Positions 47,198 to 57,037 of a DNA stretch of 64,000 bases are shown here, piece after piece; position 1 is the first letter of the stretch, and each line of letters opens with the position of its first letter. A model generated the notes under the pieces. That model was not told the DNA's origin and did not search any database. It was given only the letters and a program-made list of their open reading frames with translations. The stretch comes from Candidatus Micrarchaeota archaeon (GTDB lineage: Archaea; Micrarchaeota; Micrarchaeia; Micrarchaeales; Micrarchaeaceae): contig JAJZBL010000001.1 of NCBI GenBank assembly GCA_021798935.1, positions 129,292-193,291 of the forward strand, read 5' to 3'. The translations under genes were made by a program, and so were the position numbers.

Positions 47198-48928
47198 ATG
47201 GCAGATTTAAAAGATATAGTTTATGAGTATGCAATAAAAAACGCGTTTTCTTATGGAAAAGCTAATTTTGGAAGCGTGCTAAGCAAAGTCATATCCAAAG
47301 TGCCAGAATCAAAGAAGGATATGAAATCGCTTAAAGATGTTGTAGAGGAGGTAGTTAATTCAGTAAATGCGATGAGCAAAGAGGATATTGAAAAAGAATA
47401 TTCAAAGTACTCCGATATATTTGAGAAAGAGTACCAGGAGAAATTAGAAGCGACATCAAAAGCAAATATCAAAATAGAAGGTGCAGAGAAAGGCAACGTA
47501 ATCACACGATTCCCCCCTGAACCTGGTGGGTATATACATATAGGGAATGCCAAGCAATGCATTTTAAGCAGTGAAATATCAAAGCTGTATGATGGCAAAA
47601 TATTCCTTTACTGGGATGACACTAATCCTGAAAAATGCAAAGAGCAATATATCTCAAGTATAAAAGCAGATACAGCATGGCTAGGCATAAAGTTTGATAA
47701 AGAGTATTATGCAAGCGATAATATAGAGAAGATATATGATTATGGGAGGAAACTTCTCATGCAAGGTGATGCATACGTGTGCAGTTGCAGCCAAGAAGAA
47801 ATAAATCAAAATCGGCGCAATGGCATCGAATGCAAAGACCGGCTAAGGCCACCTGAAGAAAATCTAAAACTTTTTGAAAATATGATAAATGGTAATGTCG
47901 ATGAAGGAAAGCTGATAGTTAGATTTAAGGGCGATATGAAATCAGAAAATTCTGCGATGAGAGATCCTACATTATTCCGTATAAATAAAATTCCTCATTA
48001 TAGGCAAGGTACAAAATATTCGGTTTGGCCTACTTACCACATGAACACTCCAATACTCGATTCTATAAATGGCATAACAGATGCGATAAGAGGCAAGGAG
48101 TATGAAGTATGGGACTCGGTTGATAAGAAGCTAATTTCGTGTTTAGGGCTAAGGCAGCCCCGTATCCATTATGAAGCAAGGCTTAACATAGAAGGGACCA
48201 TAACAAAGAAAAGACTAATAAGAGAGTTTATAAACAAGGGATACATAAAGGAGTGGGACGATCCAAGGTTAGTTACAATATCTGCATTGAAGAGGAGAGG
48301 CATATTGCCAGAAGCAATCAAAGATTTTATACTAAAGTTCGGAATGAGCAGGAATGATACAACCGTAAAGATGGATATGCTTTTATCCGAAAATAGGAGA
48401 CTATTAGAGCCAATAGTACCCCACCTGTTTTTCATAAACAATCCAATTGAACTGCACGTGGAAGGAATAGAAGCAGCACCAAATCTTAAACTTAACCCTA
48501 ATGACAAGCAGAATTCTGTATACCGCAGCTATCCAAAGGATGACAAATTCTATATATCAAAGGATTCGATAGCGAAGTTGAATAAAAATGATGTAGTGAA
48601 GCTAAAGGATTTCGTAAACATTCAGTTGACCCTTATAGATGGAGAAAAAGTAGAAGCAAAAGCTATAGATAACAAATCACATTTCGATGAAATAATAACG
48701 TGGACACCATACAAAGAAAAAATAGCCTGTTCCGTGCTAATTCCTGGAGAGATAGTGGATAAGGAAGAAAATTATATCCCTGATAGTATAAAGTATATAG
48801 AGGGATATGCAGAGGGTTATGCAACCCAGTTAAAAGAAGGAGATATAGTGTTATTTGAAAAATTCGGCTATTGCAGGCTTGATAAAAAAGAGGATTCTAA
48901 GCTTAATTTTATACTTACCTCTAATTAA
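47198..48928 (+). CDS. gltX: Glutamyl-tRNA synthetase (archaeal type)
   Basis: RFPPEP.GY.HIGNAK, DDTNP, MRDPTL.RI...H...G..Y.VWPTY, WDDPRL.TI..L.RRG..PEAI. The KMSKS-equivalent loop is divergent (ITKKR). Confidence 0.93.
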   Translation: MADLKDIVYEYAIKNAFSYGKANFGSVLSKVISKVPESKKDMKSLKDVVEEVVNSVNAMSKEDIEKEYSKYSDIFEKEYQEKLEATSKANIKIEGAEKGNVITRFPPEPGGYIHIGNAKQCILSSEISKLYDGKIFLYWDDTNPEKCKEQYISSIKADTAWLGIKFDKEYYASDNIEKIYDYGRKLLMQGDAYVCSCSQEEINQNRRNGIECKDRLRPPEENLKLFENMINGNVDEGKLIVRFKGDMKSENSAMRDPTLFRINKIPHYRQGTKYSVWPTYHMNTPILDSINGITDAIRGKEYEVWDSVDKKLISCLGLRQPRIHYEARLNIEGTITKKRLIREFINKGYIKEWDDPRLVTISALKRRGILPEAIKDFILKFGMSRNDTTVKMDMLLSENRRLLEPIVPHLFFINNPIELHVEGIEAAPNLKLNPNDKQNSVYRSYPKDDKFYISKDSIAKLNKNDVVKLKDFVNIQLTLIDGEKVEAKAIDNKSHFDEIITWTPYKEKIACSVLIPGEIVDKEENYIPDSIKYIEGYAEGYATQLKEGDIVLFEKFGYCRLDKKEDSKLNFILTSN

Positions 48929-49594
48929 TTATTTCTTTTTTAGTACAGCAAACATATGCAGCTTATCAAAAGGATTTATATCTATTTTCTCCACTATATC
49001 GAAAACATCTTTAAGCTTATCAAGTTCATCTTCAAAAACCTCTTCTGGTTTCTTTCCCACATCAATGCTTTGCGATTTTATTATGAAGTAAGCGATGCCA
49101 CCTTTTTTTAGGAAAATGCTATTAGCTTTCAATATACCTGATTGGTCCCTAGCAGAAACATCCTGATATATTACATCGCAACTTCCTTCTTTTACAAGAT
49201 CTTTATAATTGTCTACTACCATGGCATCGCCAAGTATGGGAAGCATATTGTGCCTAAGTTCGCACAGATTCAAAAATTCACGCATGCTCCTTTTCGATAT
49301 TTCAACCCCAAACAATCTACCATTGATGCCTATTATATCGCTGACATGGCTAGAAGTTGTACCTGTTGATACACCCAAGTAAAGTACACATATACCATCT
49401 TTTATAGCTATAGTCTTCAAGCCTTTCAGTATAGCAGCAGCCAATTTGCTCCTATAAGGATTCCAGAATCTATACTCTATCCCATCTCTCTGGATCAATT
49501 CTTCTCCATATACTTTATGACCCGTTATAAGGTTTTTTGTCGCAAGTTTTCCATCAATCTTGAATATATTGTCAGATATATTAATGAGTTCCAT
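48929..49594 (-). CDS. flpA: Fibrillarin (rRNA/tRNA 2'-O-methyltransferase)
   Basis: VYGE, YR.WNPYRSKLAAAIL.GL, VLYLG..GTT.SHVSDI, P.L.DA, D.IYQDV...DQ, P..K.H. Confidence 0.96.
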   Translation of the reverse strand: MELINISDNIFKIDGKLATKNLITGHKVYGEELIQRDGIEYRFWNPYRSKLAAAILKGLKTIAIKDGICVLYLGVSTGTTSSHVSDIIGINGRLFGVEISKRSMREFLNLCELRHNMLPILGDAMVVDNYKDLVKEGSCDVIYQDVSARDQSGILKANSIFLKKGGIAYFIIKSQSIDVGKKPEEVFEDELDKLKDVFDIVEKIDINPFDKLHMFAVLKKK

Positions 49595-49669
49595 AAAATT
49601 ACATTAAAAATAAAGGTATAAAAATTTAATATACTATTTGTAAATAACGCATTTTTCAAATTTATTATC

Positions 49670-51883
49670 GTGTTTAAAATGGTAGAGGACATATTTATAA
49701 ACAAATTTCTGGCAGACATGATCAACTTGACAAACACTACAGACACAGAATATGGTCTAAAGGACTATCTATCGAAGATGTTCGGCATAGAGAATATTAC
49801 AGTAAAGATGTTTGATACTGAGAGGTTTAATCAGAGCTCACTTGAGGCTTATATATCAAATACAAAAAAAAGTTATATAGACAATCAGATAAATGAATAT
49901 TCTGCATTTCCTGAATTATTAAATTACCGTAACAATGGATATAGCAGCTGCTTAATTGCTCCAATAAAAGTGGATAACAAAGTTATAGGTGAGGTAAACC
50001 TATTTTCTACCCATCCAAACAAGTTCACTCCTGACATATCAAGCCTTATAGAATTGAGCGTCACCCTTTTTGGGTTGAATATGTATTATAACTCTGAAAA
50101 GAAGAAAGTTGAGCGCATAACTAGCTACTTCGATGCTTCATTTAATTCAGCAGTCCCTCAAGCATTAGTAAATTCAGCAGGAGACATTCTTAAATTCAAT
50201 AAGCAGTTCGTAAATCTAATGGGGAGCTATCCAGATGATAAAAACATCTCTAATTTACTGGGGATAAGTTTTCCAGATTTATATAATTTGGTAGATGGAA
50301 AATATATCCAAAAAGCAATCAAAAATGGCAAGCTAATAAAAATAAGCACCTATCGTATAGGAGATTCTCTTATACACATAACATTGATTGATCAATCTGA
50401 GCATGAGTTGCTTAGCTCCATAAATTCTGCAATAAACTTGCAAAACCAATTCTTGGCAGTAATCCTAGATGAAAATCTCAATATTAAGAATTTCGCCGGA
50501 TCCCTTTATGACAAATTCAATGAAATATCTGATTTGTTAACCGGGAAGAATCTCAGTAGCTTTGTAGGTGAAGCTAACGGAAAGCTAATCGAAGATTCCC
50601 TTAAAAATCAGGGTTCCTTTAAATCCGTTTTACAGATTGAACTTCCAAACAAATCAATAAATGGAAGGATTTCAATAGAAAAGTGCTCTTTAGGCTATGC
50701 AGCAATGATAACTAACATGGAGAAAGAAATTTATGCCGAAAACCTCGATAATACTCTAAGCGATTTCATAAATACTACAACAGATATGATAATAAAAGTA
50801 AATGAGTTTGGCTATATAGAGGACTGTAATGATCCCACTATCAAAAATCTTGGATATCCGGATAAATCTGGATTGATAGGAAAGGAAATAAAATCTATAT
50901 ATTATGAGGGCGATTTAGAAACATTTGATACTAATTTCTCATTTATCCGTAAAGGAGAACCTATAAACTCGATAAGTTCCAACCTAATAAAGAGGGATGG
51001 AAATTCAATACCTGTAATATATTCAATAAGGAGAATCGATGACAAATCAAGCTTTAAATATATTTTAATTATGCATAGTTTAGAGACTAAAAGGGAATTG
51101 CAGGATATGGAAAGCAAACTTCATAAATCAGACATAATGGTAAAGCACTTTAAAAGTGCAAGTGACCTAAAATCCGAGTTCATATATGATATAACACATG
51201 AGCTAAAGACACCTTTGACAAATATAAAAGGATTTGCCAAGCTGATGAAAGATGGAGAGTTTGGGCAAATCAATGAAGATCAAGCTAATTATTTAGATAC
51301 AATACTTGAAGAATCAGACAGGTTGATGCTAATAATATCACAAGTGCTTGATGCAGCAAAATTAGAAGCAGATAAGGTAAAATTAGATATAAAAGAAGTG
51401 AACCTTAAGGATTTATATTCAAACCCTAGCATAAAGTCAATGGAGGAAGCAGCAAAGAACAAGGGTTTATCATTTACGTGGGATATAGCTTATGATGTGC
51501 CAAATATAGAGGCTGATTTAAATAGGCTTATACAAGTATTAGTAAACCTAATAGGCAATTCCATTAAGTTCACCGAATCTGGAGGTATCACTATAAAAAT
51601 ATTTAAGAAATCCCGCAAGTCTGTGCAGTTCGAAGTAAGCGATACAGGGATAGGGATAAGTGATGAGGACAAAAGGAAAATATTCAAGAAATTCTATCAA
51701 GCACCTAAAAAAGGCTTGATAAAGCCTGATGGAACCGGCACGGGATTAGGATTAGCAATAACCAAAGATATAATATCTCTGCACGGTGGCAAAATACGCT
51801 TTGATTCTAAATTAGGAAAAGGTACGAAATTCTGGTTTACTCTTCCGATTACCCATAAGAATAAAGCTTCAAGCAAAGTTTAA
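49670..51883 (+). CDS. Cytoplasmic GAF-PAS-PAS-PAS sensor histidine kinase
   Basis: GAF (SCLIAPIKVDNKVIGEVNL), three PAS-like segments, H-box HELKTPL, N-box NLIGNSIKFT, G1 DTGIGI, F-box, G2 GTGLGLAI. No TM helix evident. Confidence 0.93.
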   Translation: MFKMVEDIFINKFLADMINLTNTTDTEYGLKDYLSKMFGIENITVKMFDTERFNQSSLEAYISNTKKSYIDNQINEYSAFPELLNYRNNGYSSCLIAPIKVDNKVIGEVNLFSTHPNKFTPDISSLIELSVTLFGLNMYYNSEKKKVERITSYFDASFNSAVPQALVNSAGDILKFNKQFVNLMGSYPDDKNISNLLGISFPDLYNLVDGKYIQKAIKNGKLIKISTYRIGDSLIHITLIDQSEHELLSSINSAINLQNQFLAVILDENLNIKNFAGSLYDKFNEISDLLTGKNLSSFVGEANGKLIEDSLKNQGSFKSVLQIELPNKSINGRISIEKCSLGYAAMITNMEKEIYAENLDNTLSDFINTTTDMIIKVNEFGYIEDCNDPTIKNLGYPDKSGLIGKEIKSIYYEGDLETFDTNFSFIRKGEPINSISSNLIKRDGNSIPVIYSIRRIDDKSSFKYILIMHSLETKRELQDMESKLHKSDIMVKHFKSASDLKSEFIYDITHELKTPLTNIKGFAKLMKDGEFGQINEDQANYLDTILEESDRLMLIISQVLDAAKLEADKVKLDIKEVNLKDLYSNPSIKSMEEAAKNKGLSFTWDIAYDVPNIEADLNRLIQVLVNLIGNSIKFTESGGITIKIFKKSRKSVQFEVSDTGIGISDEDKRKIFKKFYQAPKKGLIKPDGTGTGLGLAITKDIISLHGGKIRFDSKLGKGTKFWFTLPITHKNKASSKV

Positions 51884-52431
51884 CTTCGGCCCAAAGTTGC
51901 ATTATAAGAAATGTAAGAGTAATCTGGTGATATACCTAAACTAGGGCTAACGGGGTATATATTCAAAGTAGCATTATTGCTGCTTATGCTGGTCATCTTT
52001 ATTATTAAATTAGCATATTTTCCTGAAGTATTTATATGCACCAATGTGCCAACTGGAAGATTGACCTCTATAGGCTTATTTATGAATATAGGCGACTTTG
52101 TAATATAAACTACTGCCGTATTGGATTTGGAATCAGTATTATAAAGGTATACCGAGTATTCGGAATTATTTAAACTATAAACAACCCCTTTTGAAACTGC
52201 TATTGAGAGTGTAACATTGCCTTTGTAAACTCCTCTATTAGAATAAGCAGCAACTGCAATAGCAACGATAATTATTAGAATTATCAAAATTGCAATTCCA
52301 TATATTAGATTTTGATACTTATTTTTAGATTTAGTCTTTTTTACTCCAAGTTTGTTTTGGCCCTTTTTAATTTTAAAGACGTTGCGATTATTTTGCAATT
52401 TGTTGTCATCGCTTTCTTTTTTATCGGCCAT
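51880..52431 (-). CDS. Single-pass membrane hypothetical protein
   Basis: Basic N-terminus, one TM helix, beta-rich S/N/Y extracellular part. Confidence 0.7.
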   Translation of the reverse strand: MADKKESDDNKLQNNRNVFKIKKGQNKLGVKKTKSKNKYQNLIYGIAILIILIIIVAIAVAAYSNRGVYKGNVTLSIAVSKGVVYSLNNSEYSVYLYNTDSKSNTAVVYITKSPIFINKPIEVNLPVGTLVHINTSGKYANLIIKMTSISSNNATLNIYPVSPSLGISPDYSYISYNATLGRS

Positions 52432-52562
52432 AAATTCACCATTAATTAGAAATGAATACAGAAAAGAATTATCTGTATAATTATAAATACATTTCGTTAT
52501 CCAGTCAATTAGGCAAAATAAATATTGGAATAAACAGGTGAAGAATTAAAACACTACAGCAA

Positions 52563-53132
52563 TCAGCTTTCTAGACTCATTATTTCCTGTTTTAAATAAT
52601 TTATAGTTACTACTGGGCTACCATTTATATAATAAATGGTACCATTAGGCGCTATAAGATAATATATATCCAAGTAGCCTTTTGGGTTATAAGTAAAAGT
52701 TAAGTTTTTTGATGATATACCTCCAACTATTTCATTTGCACCAGAGGAATTATGTGCATAGTAATATATGAATGGGCCTATAGCCATACCGTTTTGACCT
52801 AGATCTTTGTAATTTTCAATTTCAAATACCTTAACTTTGTGATCTTTGAAGAAAGTCATATTGTTAGCTATAGTTGCAGTGCTTTGGGCACAAGAGCTAC
52901 ACCAAGTAGTCATAAGCCAAATAAGTATTGTTTTTCCTTTATAATTATTTACATTGACTGTTGATCCGTTCAGTAAAGTGAAATTTCCATTTGGGGCCTT
53001 GTCACCAACCGAAAGAGCAGTTATAGTTGCTTTATGCGAGAATATTTCAACTGAACTTTCATACAGAAATACTGCTATTGCAATAATTATTGCAATTGCT
53101 ATTAATTTGTAAATAGTTTTTATTTTCTTCAT
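52563..53132 (-). CDS. Membrane-anchored thioredoxin-fold (TlpA/redoxin-like) protein
   Basis: N-terminal TM, VGDKAP.G.F.LL.G..V...YKGK.ILIW...WCSSC. Confidence 0.85.
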   Translation of the reverse strand: MKKIKTIYKLIAIAIIIAIAVFLYESSVEIFSHKATITALSVGDKAPNGNFTLLNGSTVNVNNYKGKTILIWLMTTWCSSCAQSTATIANNMTFFKDHKVKVFEIENYKDLGQNGMAIGPFIYYYAHNSSGANEIVGGISSKNLTFTYNPKGYLDIYYLIAPNGTIYYINGSPVVTINYLKQEIMSLES

Positions 53133-53133
53133 T

Positions 53134-53664
53134 TTATCTACCTGTTGTTTTCTGAAAACTCCTAAACTTGCTATTTTTACAGTATAACAATGACCTTGAT
53201 ATTGACATTATACTATAAAACAAAAGAAATACTGATACTAGTATTAGGATCGGCTCAAGAACTGCAAATGTGTGGCTTATACCTCCGGAGAGAGTTAGTA
53301 AAGTTGATGTTGATAACCCTAAAAGAGACAAGAAACTCCCTATAATAGGAGTACAGCACAATCCCTGCGCAAAAATACCTGTTATAATGGCAATTGTGGT
53401 TTTGCCTTTTGAATTACCTGATTTTGTAAGTCTATAATAATATACTTGCATTGAAATTGAGATACCAATCAGTATGGATATAATGGCAAATCCCACTACG
53501 TCTACGATTTCACCAATCATTATCGAGCCAAATATTATAGGATAAAATAAGCCTCCAATGTGTATTAGAGAATAATAAAGTAAGATTACAAGGAACGATA
53601 TGACTATTGTTAATAAGAAATAACGCTTGTCACTATAAACAAATTTCAATGCGTAACTAATCAA
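53134..53664 (-). CDS. Polytopic membrane protein with vicinal Cys pair
   Basis: About four TM helices, GLCCTP motif; 1-bp gap to the redoxin gene. Confidence 0.7.
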   Translation of the reverse strand: MISYALKFVYSDKRYFLLTIVISFLVILLYYSLIHIGGLFYPIIFGSIMIGEIVDVVGFAIISILIGISISMQVYYYRLTKSGNSKGKTTIAIITGIFAQGLCCTPIIGSFLSLLGLSTSTLLTLSGGISHTFAVLEPILILVSVFLLFYSIMSISRSLLYCKNSKFRSFQKTTGR

Positions 53665-53702
53665 ATATCACCACCCGTGCTTTGCAAAAGCACACCTTCT
53701 TA

Positions 53703-54074
53703 TCACCTATTTTTAATTATCCCTAATTTATTACTGTTTTTTGTCTCTTTTACGTTAAGTATATCACATGATTTGATATAATTTTCATAAGTTCCTATGT
53801 GGTTGTTTATCGAATTAATTAAACCTCTCATATAATCATTTATGCTGTAAACTTTCTCTTTGCCTCTATATTCTCTATTTACGAATTTGCAATTTAGCAA
53901 ACACTTGAGGTTATGAGAAAGATCGGATTGCTCTATATCTAATAAATCTTCGAGTTGAGATACACACATAGGACCTTTTTCATTTAACGTAACTAGTATC
54001 CTAAATCTCTTAATGTTAGCAATAGCTCTGAAGAAAAGCGATATTGATTTTTCATCAGGTTTATTATATGACAT
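53703..54074 (-). CDS. ArsR/SmtB-family transcriptional regulator
   Basis: FRAIAN..R.RIL..L...GPMCVSQL...L...QS.LSH.LK.L.....V.....GKE..YS. Confidence 0.9.
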   Translation of the reverse strand: MSYNKPDEKSISLFFRAIANIKRFRILVTLNEKGPMCVSQLEDLLDIEQSDLSHNLKCLLNCKFVNREYRGKEKVYSINDYMRGLINSINNHIGTYENYIKSCDILNVKETKNSNKLGIIKNR

Positions 54075-54092
54075 TTTTATCATATGATAAAA
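54075..54092. promoter_or_regulatory. 18-bp perfect palindrome, candidate ArsR operator
   Basis: TTTTATCATATGATAAAA abuts the arsR ATG (54074), with a TATA-like TTTAATAA about 25 nt further upstream on the minus strand. Confidence 0.6.
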
Positions 54093-54360
54093 TTGACATA
54101 TATATTATTAAATCTTTTTAAAATAACTGTTTATCCCATTAAATACTACTAATTTATTGCCATAATCCAATATGGCGTAAACCTATTATTTAGAATCTTG
54201 AGATGGCCATAATAGATGCCAAAAATTTAATTTGCTGATAAAAACCCACAAATTATCTGAGGCAGCACAAACTTATAGTCTTTAGATTTAGAGTATGCTA
54301 CAGCAAATAGAAATGTTTTTATAAATGCAAAGCTATTATAGTTTTGTAAAGGTGATAATA

Positions 54361-55587
54361 GTGGAGAATTTAATAGGGGGAGCTAATTCTGGTAAGGGAA
54401 GTTCTTATTATGATGAGGTATTGAATGTCATAAATACCAACCAGCAGATAGCGTATCATGAAATAAAAGATGCACTTGAAAACAAAATAAGTGATTTAGA
54501 ACTTGACAGCGCTTTAAAGAAGCTTGAAAATGATAGAAAAATAATATCAAGGAGCAGTGGAGGAATAATGACTTATTATTCTTTGGAAGATGAGTCAAAG
54601 ATAAATAAGATAATAATAGTTGAGGACGATAAAAATATAAATAAACTAATGGCGATATCGATAGGTAAGGGTTATGACATTACTCAGGTATATGATGGGG
54701 GTGAAGCATTAGAGCTTATAAAAAAGACCCACCCTAATCTTATAATACTTGATCTCATGCTTCCAGTAATAGATGGCATGCAGATATGTGAGAGGGTTAA
54801 GAGTGATCCCGAATTGTCATCTGCCATAGTCATTCTTGTTTCTGCAATGGATCCAACCAGCAACAGGTTCAAAGGCATTAAAAATGGTGCAGACTATTAC
54901 ATAAAGAAACCGTTTGACCCACTTGAATTGCGCACACTTGTGACATTGTTCTTAAAGAAAAAAGGAAAGCGCTTTGATCCTCTGATAGATCTGCCAGATG
55001 AGGAAAGAATATCTGCAGAACTTGAAAGGTCTCTTAAGCAGGGTGAGAAGTATAAGATAGGTACATTAAGCATCGAAAACTTAGGCCCTTATGCGAATAG
55101 GTTTGGAGAGCACTCAGCTATAATACTTTTGAGGCTAATATCCCAGCTGCTTCAGGATATAATCAAGAATAAAGACCTATTCGTCGGTTTCCTGAACAAC
55201 GAATCGTTTGTAATAGCAGGTATGGAAGATGATGTTAACAAAGCAGTGGAAGCAGCACAAAAAGAGTTTAATGCAGTTCTTACCTTTGTAGTCCAAGATA
55301 TAGGATATAGGAGGATAGATCTTAACTTAGATAACATATTTGAATCAAACGAAATTCCAAAGTTAGCATTAACTTATCAAGAGGCACCAAAAGAGCTGAT
55401 AAAAGAGAGGAGGGAAAAAATATTAATCGACAAAGAGCAGAAAAGTGGAAACTTGGGATCATATACATATGATGAATTGCAAAGGCTATTTGGAAGAGAA
55501 GATCTTGATGTGATAATAACAAGAGATGCAAATGGGATAAAGTTAAGGGTAGGTAAGGTAAACAATGATAATGGGGAAGAGAAATAA
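54361..55587 (+). CDS. Response regulator: N-terminal wHTH-like, REC, degenerate GGDEF
   Basis: REC with EDD, LDLMLP phospho-Asp and KKPFD. The C-terminal region aligns by eye with GGDEF (DPLIDLP...RFG...FVGFLNNESFV). GTG start after AGGTGA (the track uses ATG 54325). Confidence 0.8.
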   Translation: MENLIGGANSGKGSSYYDEVLNVINTNQQIAYHEIKDALENKISDLELDSALKKLENDRKIISRSSGGIMTYYSLEDESKINKIIIVEDDKNINKLMAISIGKGYDITQVYDGGEALELIKKTHPNLIILDLMLPVIDGMQICERVKSDPELSSAIVILVSAMDPTSNRFKGIKNGADYYIKKPFDPLELRTLVTLFLKKKGKRFDPLIDLPDEERISAELERSLKQGEKYKIGTLSIENLGPYANRFGEHSAIILLRLISQLLQDIIKNKDLFVGFLNNESFVIAGMEDDVNKAVEAAQKEFNAVLTFVVQDIGYRRIDLNLDNIFESNEIPKLALTYQEAPKELIKERREKILIDKEQKSGNLGSYTYDELQRLFGREDLDVIITRDANGIKLRVGKVNNDNGEEK

Positions 55588-56133
55588 ATGTACAAGAGAT
55601 CGCAAGCGGCATTGGATTTCCTAGTGTCTTACGGAGTAGCATTTTTAGTCATAGCTATAGCTATATATATAATTTTTACATCAGGGATATTTTCACCTAC
55701 TATAACTCCAACTTCATGTACACCTGCTCCAGGTTTTGAATGCCTACCTTCTTTAGTATCAACCAATGGAACAATAATAATAAAAATTCTCCAAGTGACT
55801 GGGAGTACAATAAAGATAAACGGAATCGCCTGCACCACGCTATTGGAGAATTCAACAAATCAGGTGCCTTTATATGGCAACATAAATATTACAGGACCCA
55901 CTTATTCTCCTCAATTTTATCCTCCTGGTTACAAGATTCCAAATGGTGGTATAGAGTATAGTGATAATTATACAACATTGGAAGCAAACTGTTACAGCGG
56001 AAGGAACTCCTTAGCTACTGGAAAATTAGGGAACATATTTAAGGGTTATTTGGTTTTAAATTACACAATGGAAAATTCAGATAGGCCTTACATAAAGCAA
56101 GAGGTTGCCTATTTGACAATTAAATATACATAA
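55588..56133 (+). CDS. Pilin-like protein with class III signal peptide
   Basis: MYKRSQAALDFLVSYGVAFLVIAIAIYII then a Cys-containing globular part; same family of N-terminus as 10799-11857. Confidence 0.8.
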   Translation: MYKRSQAALDFLVSYGVAFLVIAIAIYIIFTSGIFSPTITPTSCTPAPGFECLPSLVSTNGTIIIKILQVTGSTIKINGIACTTLLENSTNQVPLYGNINITGPTYSPQFYPPGYKIPNGGIEYSDNYTTLEANCYSGRNSLATGKLGNIFKGYLVLNYTMENSDRPYIKQEVAYLTIKYT

Positions 56134-56172
56134 ATTATAAAAGTAAAAAAAAGAATTTTATTGCCCTGTGGT

Positions 56173-57036
56173 ATGATGAATAAATTGATTGTGATAATGT
56201 TTGCATTGTTTGCAATGTCAAGTTTCGGTTATATATCAGCGCAGCCAACTGCAAATTCAACATTGCAGCCATCATATATAAGGATGATTGAGCCATATAG
56301 CAGTATTTTATACTCAAACAGCAGTGTTTATCTTGGCAAAGTGGCACCAGGCCAGACATTTTATGTGACTATCTCTTCTACTTCTATGAACGGACAAGGA
56401 AAATCGATAAACTTGGGTTGGAATCATTTCGTCGCGTATGGATTGCCAAAAGGATGGGTAATAGAAAATTCATCATACAATATAAATGAGCCATCAATAA
56501 AGATAAAAGCAGCTTCAAATGCAAGTTATGGTATTTATAATTTCACATTAGAAGCTATAAATTCAGGAGATATAGCAAAGATAGGAGAGCCTAAGATACA
56601 TGCAGAGATAAATGTATCAAATGATGTTATAAGGTTGTCATTGCCATACAAAAGCATTGAAATAGACCCTCTTAAAACAAGCATGGTTTATGTAGTGATA
56701 AACAATACAGGGGTTTCAGACAACCCATTTATAATAGGTTCTACAGGGTTGCCAGGGTGGAATTTCACCCAATCTGTAATATCAGAACATGGAAGCAGTA
56801 ATGAATTTGCCTATCCTATAAAGGTAGATGCACCTGGAGTGTACAAAATGTCATTATATGTGAGGTCTGCTACCAGTCCTGAAGTATACGAATCAGAGAA
56901 CATAAGTGTAACTGCAAGAAGCACTTTATTTACAGATTATAATTCAATAGGTTCTGGATCCGTACTATTTCCTATAATATATGCACCTATTGATGCTGTA
57001 ATGTACTTGATAGGAGTTTTAATAAAAGTGATATAA
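56173..57036 (+). CDS. Secreted beta-sandwich (Ig-like) protein with C-terminal hydrophobic anchor
   Basis: Sec-type signal, V.PGQ.F.V.I and V.INNTG...N.F motifs typical of Ig-like surface domains, C-terminal TM. Start uncertain. Confidence 0.7.
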   Translation: MMNKLIVIMFALFAMSSFGYISAQPTANSTLQPSYIRMIEPYSSILYSNSSVYLGKVAPGQTFYVTISSTSMNGQGKSINLGWNHFVAYGLPKGWVIENSSYNINEPSIKIKAASNASYGIYNFTLEAINSGDIAKIGEPKIHAEINVSNDVIRLSLPYKSIEIDPLKTSMVYVVINNTGVSDNPFIIGSTGLPGWNFTQSVISEHGSSNEFAYPIKVDAPGVYKMSLYVRSATSPEVYESENISVTARSTLFTDYNSIGSGSVLFPIIYAPIDAVMYLIGVLIKVI

Positions 57037-57037
57037 A

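Noticed and set aside
54200-54265. Two CTGA boxes resembling a third C/D sRNA
   Set aside because: No C or C' (RTGATGA-like) boxes at the required spacing.
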